Assembly (NCBI GenBank): GCA_041308645.1
Contig: JBFZBC010000005.1
Span: 1-44,875 of the forward strand
Reading direction: 5' to 3'
Source: a bacterium
GTDB taxonomy: Bacteria; Patescibacteriota; Minisyncoccia; Phycocordibacterales; GWA1-40-21
DNA length: 44,875 bases
Part shown: positions 25,450 through 33,931 of the stretch, piece by piece
Layout: each line of letters opens with the position of its first letter
How positions within the stretch are numbered: position 1 is the first letter of the stretch
Made by a program: the position numbers and the translations under genes
Notes under the pieces: model-generated
Seen by the model: only the letters and a program-made list of their open reading frames with translations
What the model was told of the DNA's origin: nothing
Databases searched by the model: none

Positions 25450-27195
25450 TTACAATCTCTCAGAAATTTCTTTTTGAAGTTTAGTTTTTAGCTTTTCTAA
25501 AGTGATTTTTTCTTGCTTGGCGCCGTCACGGATTTCCAAAGCCAGTTCGCCAAACTCAATTTCCTTGTCACCAATAACCAGCATATAAGGCACTTTGTTA
25601 ACTTTACCAGCGCGGATTTTTTTACCCATACCCTCATCCGTATTATCAAAGTCAACTCGCACGCCTTGAGCCTTTATCTCATCGGCTATTTTTTTAGCAT
25701 AGTCATTATGATTTTCACGGACAGGGATTATTTTTATTTGGACTGGTGAAAGCCAGACGGGGAAGTTTCCCGCAAAGTGTTCAATTAACAAAACAAGGAA
25801 TCTTTCATATGACCCTAAAACTGCTCGGTGCACCATAACAGGGTTTACCTCTTTTCCCATGTTATCAATATAGGTTAGATTGAATCTCTTGGGAGTAGCA
25901 AAATCTAATTGGACAGTTGGAATTTGGATTTCTTTTCCCATGGCATCTTTAAACATAAAATCTAATTTAGGTCCATATAGAGCCGCTTCACCCTCACACT
26001 TTTTAGCATTTAATCCCATCTCATCTGAAACCTCTTGTAACATTTTTTCACATAAGTCCCAATCTTTTGTGTCGCCAATATATTTTTCTGGGTGAGCATA
26101 ATCGCGGACAGAAAGAGAAACCCAGTTGTTTTTCCATAGGCCTAGAGAAGTATAAAAATCTCTAATAATGTTAACCATGTTTACTACTTCCTGTTTGACC
26201 TGATCAACTCGACAAAAAGAGTGGCCATCTTCACAGGTAATAGCATAAACTCGGTTAAGGCCACCTACTTCACCAGTTTTTTCTGCACGGTACTGGCGGT
26301 CTGATTCCATATAGCGAATCGGTAGTTCCTTATACGTTCTTATTCTTGAAGCATAAATTTGGGTTTGGGCTGGACACTGGACTGGTTTTAGAATGAACTG
26401 GTGTCCTTTTGGCGAAGTTACAGCAAAAAGCTCATCAGCAAATTTTGCAGCATGGCCAGAGGTTTCAAAAAGTATTCGTTTAGCCATGTGGGGTGTTTTA
26501 ACTTTTTCAAAGCCGTATTTTCGGCAAACAGATTCAATATATTTTTGTAGTTCATCAATAATTATTGTTCCTTTGGGAGTGTAAAGCGGTAATCCCGGAC
26601 CAACTAAATCTGAAAAGCAAAATAAATCTAATTCCTTACCAAGCCTCCTATGATCTCTTTTCTCCGCTTCTTTTTGTTGTAGTTCATAAGCAGTTAAATC
26701 CTCCTTGCTTTCAAAAGCCAAACCGTAAATACGGGTAAGCATTTTATTTTTTTCATCCCCACGCCAATAAGCGCCAGCAATTCTCTCAAGTTTGAAAGCA
26801 TCTTTAGGAATTTCCTTGGTGGAGGCTACGTGCGGTCCGGCACAAAGGTCAGTAAGGTCACCAGAGGTGTATGTTGTTGGTTTGGACCCATCTTTTTTCA
26901 AGTCAGCAATTAGTTCTAGTTTATAAGGATTTCCCGCAAACATTTTCTCAGCATCCCTAACCGTTATTTCTTTCTTCTCAAAGGTGGACCATTTCTTCAT
27001 TAGTTCTCGCATCTTCTGCTCAATTTTTTCTAAATCCTTATCACTTATTGGTGTGCTGAATTCAAAGTCATAATAAAAACCAGTATCAATAGCGGGGCCA
27101 ATCGCTAGTTTGGCATCTGGATAAAAAGATAAAACCGCACCAGCCAAAAGGTGGGAAAGGGAATGTCTGATATTATTTAAATTATCTTCATTCAT
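25450..27195 (-). CDS. thrS: threonine--tRNA ligase (no N-terminal TGS domain)
   Basis: 581 aa. Begins at the editing/second-additional-domain motif HSLSHLL...GFYYDF. Class II core and C-terminal anticodon-binding domain are present. Confidence 0.95.
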   Translation of the reverse strand: MNEDNLNNIRHSLSHLLAGAVLSFYPDAKLAIGPAIDTGFYYDFEFSTPISDKDLEKIEQKMRELMKKWSTFEKKEITVRDAEKMFAGNPYKLELIADLKKDGSKPTTYTSGDLTDLCAGPHVASTKEIPKDAFKLERIAGAYWRGDEKNKMLTRIYGLAFESKEDLTAYELQQKEAEKRDHRRLGKELDLFCFSDLVGPGLPLYTPKGTIIIDELQKYIESVCRKYGFEKVKTPHMAKRILFETSGHAAKFADELFAVTSPKGHQFILKPVQCPAQTQIYASRIRTYKELPIRYMESDRQYRAEKTGEVGGLNRVYAITCEDGHSFCRVDQVKQEVVNMVNIIRDFYTSLGLWKNNWVSLSVRDYAHPEKYIGDTKDWDLCEKMLQEVSDEMGLNAKKCEGEAALYGPKLDFMFKDAMGKEIQIPTVQLDFATPKRFNLTYIDNMGKEVNPVMVHRAVLGSYERFLVLLIEHFAGNFPVWLSPVQIKIIPVRENHNDYAKKIADEIKAQGVRVDFDNTDEGMGKKIRAGKVNKVPYMLVIGDKEIEFGELALEIRDGAKQEKITLEKLKTKLQKEISERL

Positions 27196-27225
27196 ATATA
27201 TTTAAATATAACATATAATTAACTT

Positions 27226-30200
27226 TTATATCAATTCCTTCATACTATCTATAATCAAAGTGGTTTCGCCATTACGGAGGGAAATCTTACCTTTAATAGC
27301 TACGCATTTATCCTTAACTAATATTTTTTTATTCTCGGTCATCGTGCGGGGGAAAACCACGGTTTCAATAGTGTCTGAATAATCAGATAATTTTACAAAG
27401 GCCATGCCGTCACCTTTTTTGGTGATTATTTCTCTAATGTCCTCAATAATACCCGCTACCATCACCTCATCGCCTTCTTTAGGATTCTCCTTAACATTTT
27501 TTATACTATAATTTTTTTCATCAATTATTTTTCTAAATTTATCAAGTGGGTGACCGGACAAGTATAAGCCTAGCAGTTCTCTTTCCCAAGCTAAAGTTTC
27601 AGTAGCAGTCGCTTTAGGAGCATCTATTAGTTTAAAATTATTTACATTTTCCATTCCAGCCACATATGTGCCAAATAATGAATCCTGATTTTCAGATATT
27701 TTTCCAGCCTCTTTAGAATAGGTAAGCATATTTTCCACATTACCAAGCATTTGCCCGCGTTCGCCAAATTCGTCCATCGCTCCAGCTTTGATCAGGGCTT
27801 CAAGAGACTTTTTATTTAGTAAATTTTTACCCGCCCGCCCTTCTGAAGAAGGAGGGTCTTTGATGCGGTCCAGAAAATTTGATAGGGATTTAAATTTACC
27901 ATTCTTTTTTCTTTCCTCAATAATGGTGTTGGCAATTCCTTCACCAAAGTTTTTAATAGTTGTAAGTCCAAAACGGATAGTATCTTTTTGCCCGGGAATT
28001 TTAACCACTGTAAAGTCCTGGAAGCTTTCATTTACATTTGGCGGAAGCACAGGTATATCCATACGTTTACAATCACCAATAAATTCCGCAATTTTTTCTA
28101 CATCACCAGCATCCGCGGTCAGCACACAGGCCATATAAATAGCGGGGAAGTTTGCTTTCATATAGGCTGTTTGATAAGCCACTCGGCCGTAACTAGCGGC
28201 GTGAGCTTTATTGAATCCGTAAGCAGCAAAAGGTTCTATTAGTGACCAAAGTTCATCGGCTTTTTCTTGCGTCATACCGTTTTTCAATAATCCTTCTTTG
28301 AGTTTGCTTTTTTGTGCTTCCATTTCGGCAGGAATTTTTTTACCCATCGCTTTTCTTAATTTATCAGCTTCAAGCCAAGAGTAACCACCAAGCTTGATCG
28401 CAATAAGCATAACGTCATCTTGGTAAGTAATCACTCCAAAGGATTGAGAAAGTATATCTTTCATTCTCGGATCAAGAAATCTTATAGTTTGTGAATTGTG
28501 TTTTCTTTTTATATATTCAGGAATTGATTCAAGTGGTCCTGGGCGGTATAGAGCCACCATAGCGTTGATATCATGAATTGTTGTAGGTTTTAATTCTTTT
28601 AGATATTTAGTCATTCCAGAACCGTTGAGTTGGAAAAGTCCGGTGGTCTCACCGCGAGCGAGGAGATCAAATGTTTTAGCATCATCCATTGGTATATTTT
28701 CGATATCAATATTTATGCCATCAATTTTTTTTGCAAGTGAAACAGCATTGGAAAGAATCGCCAAATTTTTAATACCTAAAAAGTCAAACTTTAAAAGACC
28801 AGCATCTTCTACAGCGTGCATATCATACTGAGTAATAATTTTTTCTTCTCCCTTAGTGTCAAATTGCAGTGGAGTAAAGTCAGTCAGGACTGTCGGCGCC
28901 ATCACCACACCGGCCGCGTGGACTGAGATGTGCCTAGCACAACCTTCCACTTTTTTAGCCATATCAATAATTATTTTAACATCATCTTCCTTATTATATA
29001 TTTCTTTTAGTTCTGATACTTCGGCTAAGGCTCGGTCAATTGTCATCGGAAAACCTTGGGCCCCTATTGGAATAAGTTTGGAAATTCTATCTCCTAAAGT
29101 ATAAGGGTAACCCATCGCTCGAGCTACATCTTTGACTGAGCCACGAGCCATCATCGTACCAAAGGTACCTATCTGAGCCACTTTATCAGCACCATATTTT
29201 TGTTTGGCATAAGCAATCACTTCATCACGTCTGTTATCAGCATAGTCCATATCAATATCAGGTGCAGATGGACGCTCAGGATTTAGAAATCTTTCAAAAG
29301 GAAGTTTATAATCTATCGGATCAACGTTTGTAATTTTAGTCAGATAGGTAGTAAGGGATCCGGCCACTGATCCTCGGATGTTGGTCAATATTTTATGCTC
29401 ATGGGCAAAGCGTAGTAGGTCAGCTACTACTAAAAAGTACGGGGCATAACCTTTATCTTTTATTACTTTTAGTTCATATTCTAGACGGTCAGTATATTCT
29501 TTTGTCTGGTTTAAATCGCGGACTTTGAAACCAGCATAGGCAAGTTTTTTTAATTCATCATCTGCTGATAATCCACTTTCCACTTTAAAATCAGGGAAGA
29601 CCCAAGAACCAAGTTTAAGATCCAAATCACACATTTCAGCAATTCTAACAGTGTTCGTTATAGCTTCTGGTGTGTCAGCAAAAAGTTCCTCGGCCTTTTC
29701 AGGAGAAATAAAAGAAAAATCTTCCTCATTGCTATCAGAATTATGATCAGAAAAATCACCAGTCGAGTTTACAAGCATCAAAGTATCTCGTGCTTTTTTA
29801 TCTTCCGGATGGAGATAATAAACATCATGAGCCGCTACTAGTGGAGTGTCTGTTTCCTTGGCTAATGAAATAATTTTTTTAATTGTCTCTTCATGACCCT
29901 CAATTTCTGGGTGGTGAGTAATTTCTAGAAAAAAGTTTTTAGTGCCATAAACATCCTTATACCAAACCACCAGTTTTTTAGCTTCCTCTATATTTCCATT
30001 TTTTAATGCTTGAGTGGTGGCGCTAGAAAAAGAGGGGGAAATGCAGATTAAACCAAATTTATATTTTTCAATCAGCTCCTTATCAATACGGGGTTTGTAA
30101 TAAAAGCCTTCAACGTTTGCCTGTGTGACTAATTTAATTAAGTTATGATAGCCATCTAAATCTTGGGCTAGTAAAATCAAACGTGAACGCCGGTTATCCA

Positions 30201-30447
30201 CCCCACCTTGTTTGTCAAAACGCGTTCTGGCTGCCACATAAAAATCTGAGCCAATAATCGGTTTGATGCCTTCTTTTTTACAGGCTTTATAAAATTCAAT
30301 CGCCCCATACATATTGGCATTATCAGTCAGAGCCAAAGCCTCCATTCCATATTTTTTGGCTTCCTTAATTAGCTCTGGAATTTTCGGTAGGGCATTAAGC
30401 AGGGAATAATGTGAGTGCGTATGTAGATGGATGAATCTGGATAACAT
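27226..30447 (-). CDS. dnaE: DNA polymerase III subunit alpha
   Basis: 1073 aa. PHP domain HLHTHSHYS, pol III alpha core, C-terminal OB fold. Confidence 0.95.
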   Translation of the reverse strand: MLSRFIHLHTHSHYSLLNALPKIPELIKEAKKYGMEALALTDNANMYGAIEFYKACKKEGIKPIIGSDFYVAARTRFDKQGGVDNRRSRLILLAQDLDGYHNLIKLVTQANVEGFYYKPRIDKELIEKYKFGLICISPSFSSATTQALKNGNIEEAKKLVVWYKDVYGTKNFFLEITHHPEIEGHEETIKKIISLAKETDTPLVAAHDVYYLHPEDKKARDTLMLVNSTGDFSDHNSDSNEEDFSFISPEKAEELFADTPEAITNTVRIAEMCDLDLKLGSWVFPDFKVESGLSADDELKKLAYAGFKVRDLNQTKEYTDRLEYELKVIKDKGYAPYFLVVADLLRFAHEHKILTNIRGSVAGSLTTYLTKITNVDPIDYKLPFERFLNPERPSAPDIDMDYADNRRDEVIAYAKQKYGADKVAQIGTFGTMMARGSVKDVARAMGYPYTLGDRISKLIPIGAQGFPMTIDRALAEVSELKEIYNKEDDVKIIIDMAKKVEGCARHISVHAAGVVMAPTVLTDFTPLQFDTKGEEKIITQYDMHAVEDAGLLKFDFLGIKNLAILSNAVSLAKKIDGINIDIENIPMDDAKTFDLLARGETTGLFQLNGSGMTKYLKELKPTTIHDINAMVALYRPGPLESIPEYIKRKHNSQTIRFLDPRMKDILSQSFGVITYQDDVMLIAIKLGGYSWLEADKLRKAMGKKIPAEMEAQKSKLKEGLLKNGMTQEKADELWSLIEPFAAYGFNKAHAASYGRVAYQTAYMKANFPAIYMACVLTADAGDVEKIAEFIGDCKRMDIPVLPPNVNESFQDFTVVKIPGQKDTIRFGLTTIKNFGEGIANTIIEERKKNGKFKSLSNFLDRIKDPPSSEGRAGKNLLNKKSLEALIKAGAMDEFGERGQMLGNVENMLTYSKEAGKISENQDSLFGTYVAGMENVNNFKLIDAPKATATETLAWERELLGLYLSGHPLDKFRKIIDEKNYSIKNVKENPKEGDEVMVAGIIEDIREIITKKGDGMAFVKLSDYSDTIETVVFPRTMTENKKILVKDKCVAIKGKISLRNGETTLIIDSMKELI

Positions 30448-30510
30448 AAATGTATTATTACATTTTTTCCTAAAAGAGTTAAGTCTACAATTTAATTACA
30501 AATCATAGAT

Positions 30511-30538
30511 CCCCAAGTGCGCCTAGGCGCACTTGGGG
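30511..30538. repeat. perfect 28-nt palindrome (left copy)
   Basis: ccccaagtgcgcctaggcgcacttgggg. The core 24-mer ccaagtgcgcctaggcgcacttgg is identical to 30983-31006. Confidence 0.9.
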
Positions 30539-30558
30539 GTTGGTGATATAATAAAAAG

Positions 30559-30951
30559 ATGAAAAAATATTTTAAATATAAAGGACTTACAGTTAATCGT
30601 TTTGGTTTACCAGTATTTAGTGCTAATGGAAATATGATTAGTAAATCTGTAAACGGAGAAAAAGGAAAAAGATATTTTCAGTATCAGTGTTTTAATCATA
30701 ATTTTAAAAATACCGCACCAAGGAATTTAATTGTAATGTATGATATTCCTAATAACAAGAAGAAGGAGAGAGATTGGTTTAGGCGTCATTTACAGAAGTT
30801 TGATTATATAATGGTTCAAAAAAGTGTTTGGGTTGGTCCATCACCTTTACCTAAGGATTTTCTTAATTATGTGAAATCTATTGGTCTTTTAAATAAATTT
30901 AAAACATTGAAATTGGCTAAACCATATTCAAGATTACAAAATAATATGTAA
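30559..30951 (+). CDS. small Cas2-fold / PaaX C-terminal-like protein
   Basis: 130 aa. LIVMYDIPNNKKKERDWFRRHLQKFDYIMVQKSVWVGP matches the beta-alpha-beta pattern (xxYDIP..kR...r..L...g...lQkSVw) shared by Cas2 and the PaaX-like proteins common in CPR genomes. An extended -10 (tgatataat) lies 6 nt before the ATG. Confidence 0.45.
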   Translation: MKKYFKYKGLTVNRFGLPVFSANGNMISKSVNGEKGKRYFQYQCFNHNFKNTAPRNLIVMYDIPNNKKKERDWFRRHLQKFDYIMVQKSVWVGPSPLPKDFLNYVKSIGLLNKFKTLKLAKPYSRLQNNM

Positions 30952-30980
30952 ATTATTATTTTGTAAATAATTTTAGTAAG

Positions 30981-31008
30981 AACCAAGTGCGCCTAGGCGC
31001 ACTTGGTT
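30981..31008. repeat. perfect 28-nt palindrome (right copy)
   Basis: aaccaagtgcgcctaggcgcacttggtt, 30 nt after the ORF stop. Confidence 0.9.
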
Positions 31009-31082
31009 TGGGGTATGATTTGTTTATATTATATTATATTATTTTAAAATAATATATATTTTTATATGCTATAATATTTTTT

Positions 31083-32762
31083 ATGACACAAGAGGAAGCG
31101 TTAGATATTTTAAAATTTGGTTATAATGTTTTTTTGACTGGACCGGCGGGAAGTGGAAAAACGCATCTTTTGAATAAATATATTAATTTTTTAAAGGAAA
31201 ATTATGTGGATGTGGGTATTACAGCGAGTACCGGTATTGCCGCCACGCATATGGGCGGTACCACTATTCATTCCTGGACAGGGATGGGGATAAAAGATTA
31301 TCTAAATAAAATTGATTTAGAGGAATTAAAATCCAGGAAATATTTGCGTGACCGCTTTGAGCGAACACAGGTGTTGGTGATAGACGAAGTGTCTATGCTT
31401 CATCACTTTAGGCTAGATTTGATTGATGAGATATGCCGTCATATGAAAAATAATGATGCGCCGTTTGGAGGAATGCAGGTTATTTTATGTGGCGATTTTT
31501 TTCAGCTACCGCCTATTGCTCGGGCGGGTGAACCGCTAGCTCAATTTGCCTATGAAGCAGAAGTTTGGAAAGGGGCAAATTTTAAAATTTGTTATTTGGA
31601 GGAACAACACCGTCAGACGGATTCAGCTTTCCTAAAAGTTTTAAATGAAATCCGGGGGAATAGATTGTCAGATGAAGGAATGAAACATTTAAAAGGTAGG
31701 CAGAATAAAAAAACCTTTCAAGGGATAGAGCCTACCCGTCTTCATACTCATAATATTGATGTGGATCTGATTAATCAAAGAGAGTTGGAAAAACTGCACG
31801 GTCAAGGGCGAGAATTTATGATGGATGGTAAGGGAAGAAAACCACTAGTGGAGGCTCTGAAAAAAAGTTGCCTAGCACCAGAAGTTTTAAAATTGAAAGT
31901 GGGAGCGAAGGTAATGTTCGTAAAAAATAATTTTGAGGAAAGTTATGTAAATGGAACATTAGGAAAGGTGGTGGCTTTTGATTCAGAAGGACCAGTGGTG
32001 CAAATCACTAATGGTAGAAATATTCATGTGAAGCCAGTAAATTGGATGATTGAGGAAGATGGTAAAGCTAAGGCCATTATCACCCAATTTCCTTTGCGTT
32101 TAGCGTGGGCGATAACTGTCCATAAAAGTCAGGGTATGAGTCTCGATGCTATTGAAGTGGATTTGTCTAAATCTTTTGAAAAAGGTATGGGTTATGTGGC
32201 CTTGTCTCGAGTGCGATCACTCGAGGGACTAATTCTTTTAGGCTTAAATGAAATTGCTACCCAAGTGCGTTGTGAGGTTTTAGATTTTGATGAAGAATTA
32301 AGGAAAATTTCTAATAAGCACTTGGCAGAGATGCAGGCCCTGAGTGATAATGAAAAAAAAGAAAGACAGAAAAAGTTTTTACAGAAAATTTCTCCGGAAA
32401 GAACGGCCAGCGGAAAAATAAAAAAGAAAAAAATTTCTACTTTGGAAGAAACACGTAAGTATTTAGAGGCAGGAATGAATTTAAATGAAATAGCTAATGC
32501 TAAGGGAACAAAAATTGGTACAGTATTTGATCATTTAGAAAAACTTCTCAGTGAGGATCCAAAATTAGATATTCGTCATTTTGAATCTGAAATCTCTGTG
32601 AATAAATTTAAAAAAATATACAAAGCCTTTAATGATATTTATGGTGATAATAGGGAATTACGCTTAACACCAATTATGAAGATTTTAGGTGGAGAAAAAA
32701 AAGGTTTTTCCTTTGAAGATCTCCGTTTAGTCCGCCTATTTTTAAAAAAGAAGGGGATGTAA
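31083..32762 (+). CDS. Pif1/RecD-family SF1B DNA helicase with C-terminal HTH domain
   Basis: 559 aa. Walker A GPAGSGKTH, motif Ia ASTGIAA, Walker B VIDEVSM, CGDFFQLPP, AITVHKSQGMSLD. C-terminal HTH-like segment LNEIANAKGTKIGTVFDHLEKL. Confidence 0.85.
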   Translation: MTQEEALDILKFGYNVFLTGPAGSGKTHLLNKYINFLKENYVDVGITASTGIAATHMGGTTIHSWTGMGIKDYLNKIDLEELKSRKYLRDRFERTQVLVIDEVSMLHHFRLDLIDEICRHMKNNDAPFGGMQVILCGDFFQLPPIARAGEPLAQFAYEAEVWKGANFKICYLEEQHRQTDSAFLKVLNEIRGNRLSDEGMKHLKGRQNKKTFQGIEPTRLHTHNIDVDLINQRELEKLHGQGREFMMDGKGRKPLVEALKKSCLAPEVLKLKVGAKVMFVKNNFEESYVNGTLGKVVAFDSEGPVVQITNGRNIHVKPVNWMIEEDGKAKAIITQFPLRLAWAITVHKSQGMSLDAIEVDLSKSFEKGMGYVALSRVRSLEGLILLGLNEIATQVRCEVLDFDEELRKISNKHLAEMQALSDNEKKERQKKFLQKISPERTASGKIKKKKISTLEETRKYLEAGMNLNEIANAKGTKIGTVFDHLEKLLSEDPKLDIRHFESEISVNKFKKIYKAFNDIYGDNRELRLTPIMKILGGEKKGFSFEDLRLVRLFLKKKGM

Positions 32763-32781
32763 TACCTCATCATAATCTGTG

Positions 32782-32809
32782 TTGACAAGTCATTTTTTAG
32801 TGATACTAT
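32782..32809 (+). promoter_or_regulatory. sigma70-like promoter for the two-gene small-protein operon
   Basis: TTGACA (32782-32787), 16-nt spacer, extended -10 TGATACTAT. Confidence 0.45.
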
Positions 32810-32844
32810 TATAGTAGATTTTGTTCTATAAAAAGGAGGTTAAT

Positions 32845-33240
32845 ATGAATGAGGAAAATGAGGTTGGACAGTTAGGAACAAGCTTGATTAGGAGGCCGAA
32901 TTTTGAATTTAGCCCCACAAGTTCATTAATGTCGATGTCAGATTTTTCTGAATCTCCACTTACAGCCTTAGCAAAAGTAGAGCCAGAAAAAGCCTATGAT
33001 ATTATGAAGGAAATTCTTGAATTTCAAAGAAGAGCTCAAGATATAGGCTTAAAAATAGCTCGTATTAATGCTATGACTTCTGTATTACACAGTGAAGCAA
33101 ATACTGCTTGTACTTGGCTACAGAATAGGCGTATGGGAGAAAAGAATATTGATATCGATTTCAATTCCAGCTCTGGATCTTCTGGGTGGTTTTCAAGCCT
33201 AGAAGGAATAAGAGCTAGTTTAAGTGTTAGGATATCTTAA
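32845..33240 (+). CDS. hypothetical protein (131 aa), paralogous C-terminus with the next ORF
   Basis: The start was moved to the ATG preceded by the SD aaaggagg. The C-terminal TWLQNRRMGEKNIDIDFNSSSG motif is shared with the downstream ORF. Confidence 0.6.
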   Translation: MNEENEVGQLGTSLIRRPNFEFSPTSSLMSMSDFSESPLTALAKVEPEKAYDIMKEILEFQRRAQDIGLKIARINAMTSVLHSEANTACTWLQNRRMGEKNIDIDFNSSSGSSGWFSSLEGIRASLSVRIS

Positions 33241-33258
33241 TCGAAAAGGGGGTGGTTT

Positions 33259-33591
33259 ATGAAAAAGAGTTCATACACTGAGCCTGATGATTCAACCGGG
33301 TGTCAAATGAAAGTCGCTTCTGTTGGGGCAGGTTTGCTTTTGTTACCATTACTTGGTCCATTTGCTTTACTTGCAGCGTCAGCTATCTATGGTTTTACAA
33401 AAACCATGGCAACTAAGGATGCCAGTAAAGAACTTGATAAAATTGAGAATGGTGAATCAGAAAAGATTGCGGATACATGGCTGAGAAATCGTCAAGATGG
33501 TGAGAGTGAAATATCAGTCACTTTTAATCCTAAATCTGGTCCAGCAGCTGGCTTTCGTCGAGTTCATACTTTTGAACGGGGAGAAGAATAG
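33259..33591 (+). CDS. hypothetical membrane protein (110 aa)
   Basis: SD aaggggg. Hydrophobic segment VASVGAGLLLLPLLGPFALLAASAIYGF. C-terminal TWLRNRQDGESEISVTFNPKSG motif. Confidence 0.6.
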   Translation: MKKSSYTEPDDSTGCQMKVASVGAGLLLLPLLGPFALLAASAIYGFTKTMATKDASKELDKIENGESEKIADTWLRNRQDGESEISVTFNPKSGPAAGFRRVHTFERGEE

Positions 33592-33620
33592 TTTATGGAA
33601 ACTTCCTGTCATAAGTAAAG

Positions 33621-33652
33621 GTGGCTTATTATTTACGATAGGCCACTTTTTT
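33621..33652 (+). terminator. rho-independent terminator after the small-protein pair
   Basis: gtggcttat / ataggccac is a 9-bp stem with an 8-nt loop, followed by tttttt. Confidence 0.55.
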
Positions 33653-33700
33653 ATTGATATATTTGGTGTTAGTATTATTATGATTTAAATAAATAATTTT

Positions 33701-33919
33701 ATGGAAAATATAAATATAAATAGTCCTGAGGATATTAAAAAAGTTGAAGAGAGTATTGGTGCTGCCAAATCAATGCTTTCTACAATGGGTAATAACGATA
33801 GTGAATTCAATAGAATTGATGAGATTGCAGAAGCTTTTAAACTAAAGCAAATAACAGCTGACACCGCTGCGCAGAGAATCATGGCTATCCCTTGGTCAAA
33901 ACAGCAAGGAGCAATGTAA
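33701..33919 (+). CDS. hypothetical small helical protein (72 aa)
   Basis: ORF ending 12 nt before the next gene. No family recognised. Confidence 0.45.
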   Translation: MENININSPEDIKKVEESIGAAKSMLSTMGNNDSEFNRIDEIAEAFKLKQITADTAAQRIMAIPWSKQQGAM

Positions 33920-33931
33920 TTTATAGTTAAA

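Larger units (their letters stand above)
30498..31023. mobile_element. candidate hairpin-ended mini-cassette (526 bp) carrying one Cas2-fold ORF
   Basis: The termini are inverted repeats: acaaatcata[gat]cccc + palindrome on the left, and palindrome + ggggtatgatttgt on the right. No transposase is present and no clear target-site duplication is visible. Confidence 0.35.

Noticed and set aside
27788-29104. Several 68-116-aa ORFs on both strands
   Set aside because: All are nested in or antisense to dnaE, which is continuous and well supported.
30559-30951. The 130-aa ORF as an IS200/IS605 TnpA or RAYT (a small protein flanked by hairpins)
   Set aside because: I could find no HUH motif and no catalytic Tyr context. 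The sequence instead matches the Cas2/PaaX-C YDIP...QKSVW pattern. Only the architectural analogy is kept.
30511-31008. The two identical palindromes as a possible CRISPR array next to a Cas2-like gene
   Set aside because: There are only two copies, 470 bp apart, and they enclose a coding gene rather than spacers. The repeats are perfect palindromes in inverted-terminus context. No cas1 or other cas genes are present.
33497-33882. 63-aa plus-strand and 65-aa minus-strand ORFs in and around the 33592-33700 spacer
   Set aside because: They overlap the end of the 110-aa gene, the terminator, or the 72-aa gene in antisense. Their hydrophobic, AT-driven composition and lack of start signals make them implausible.
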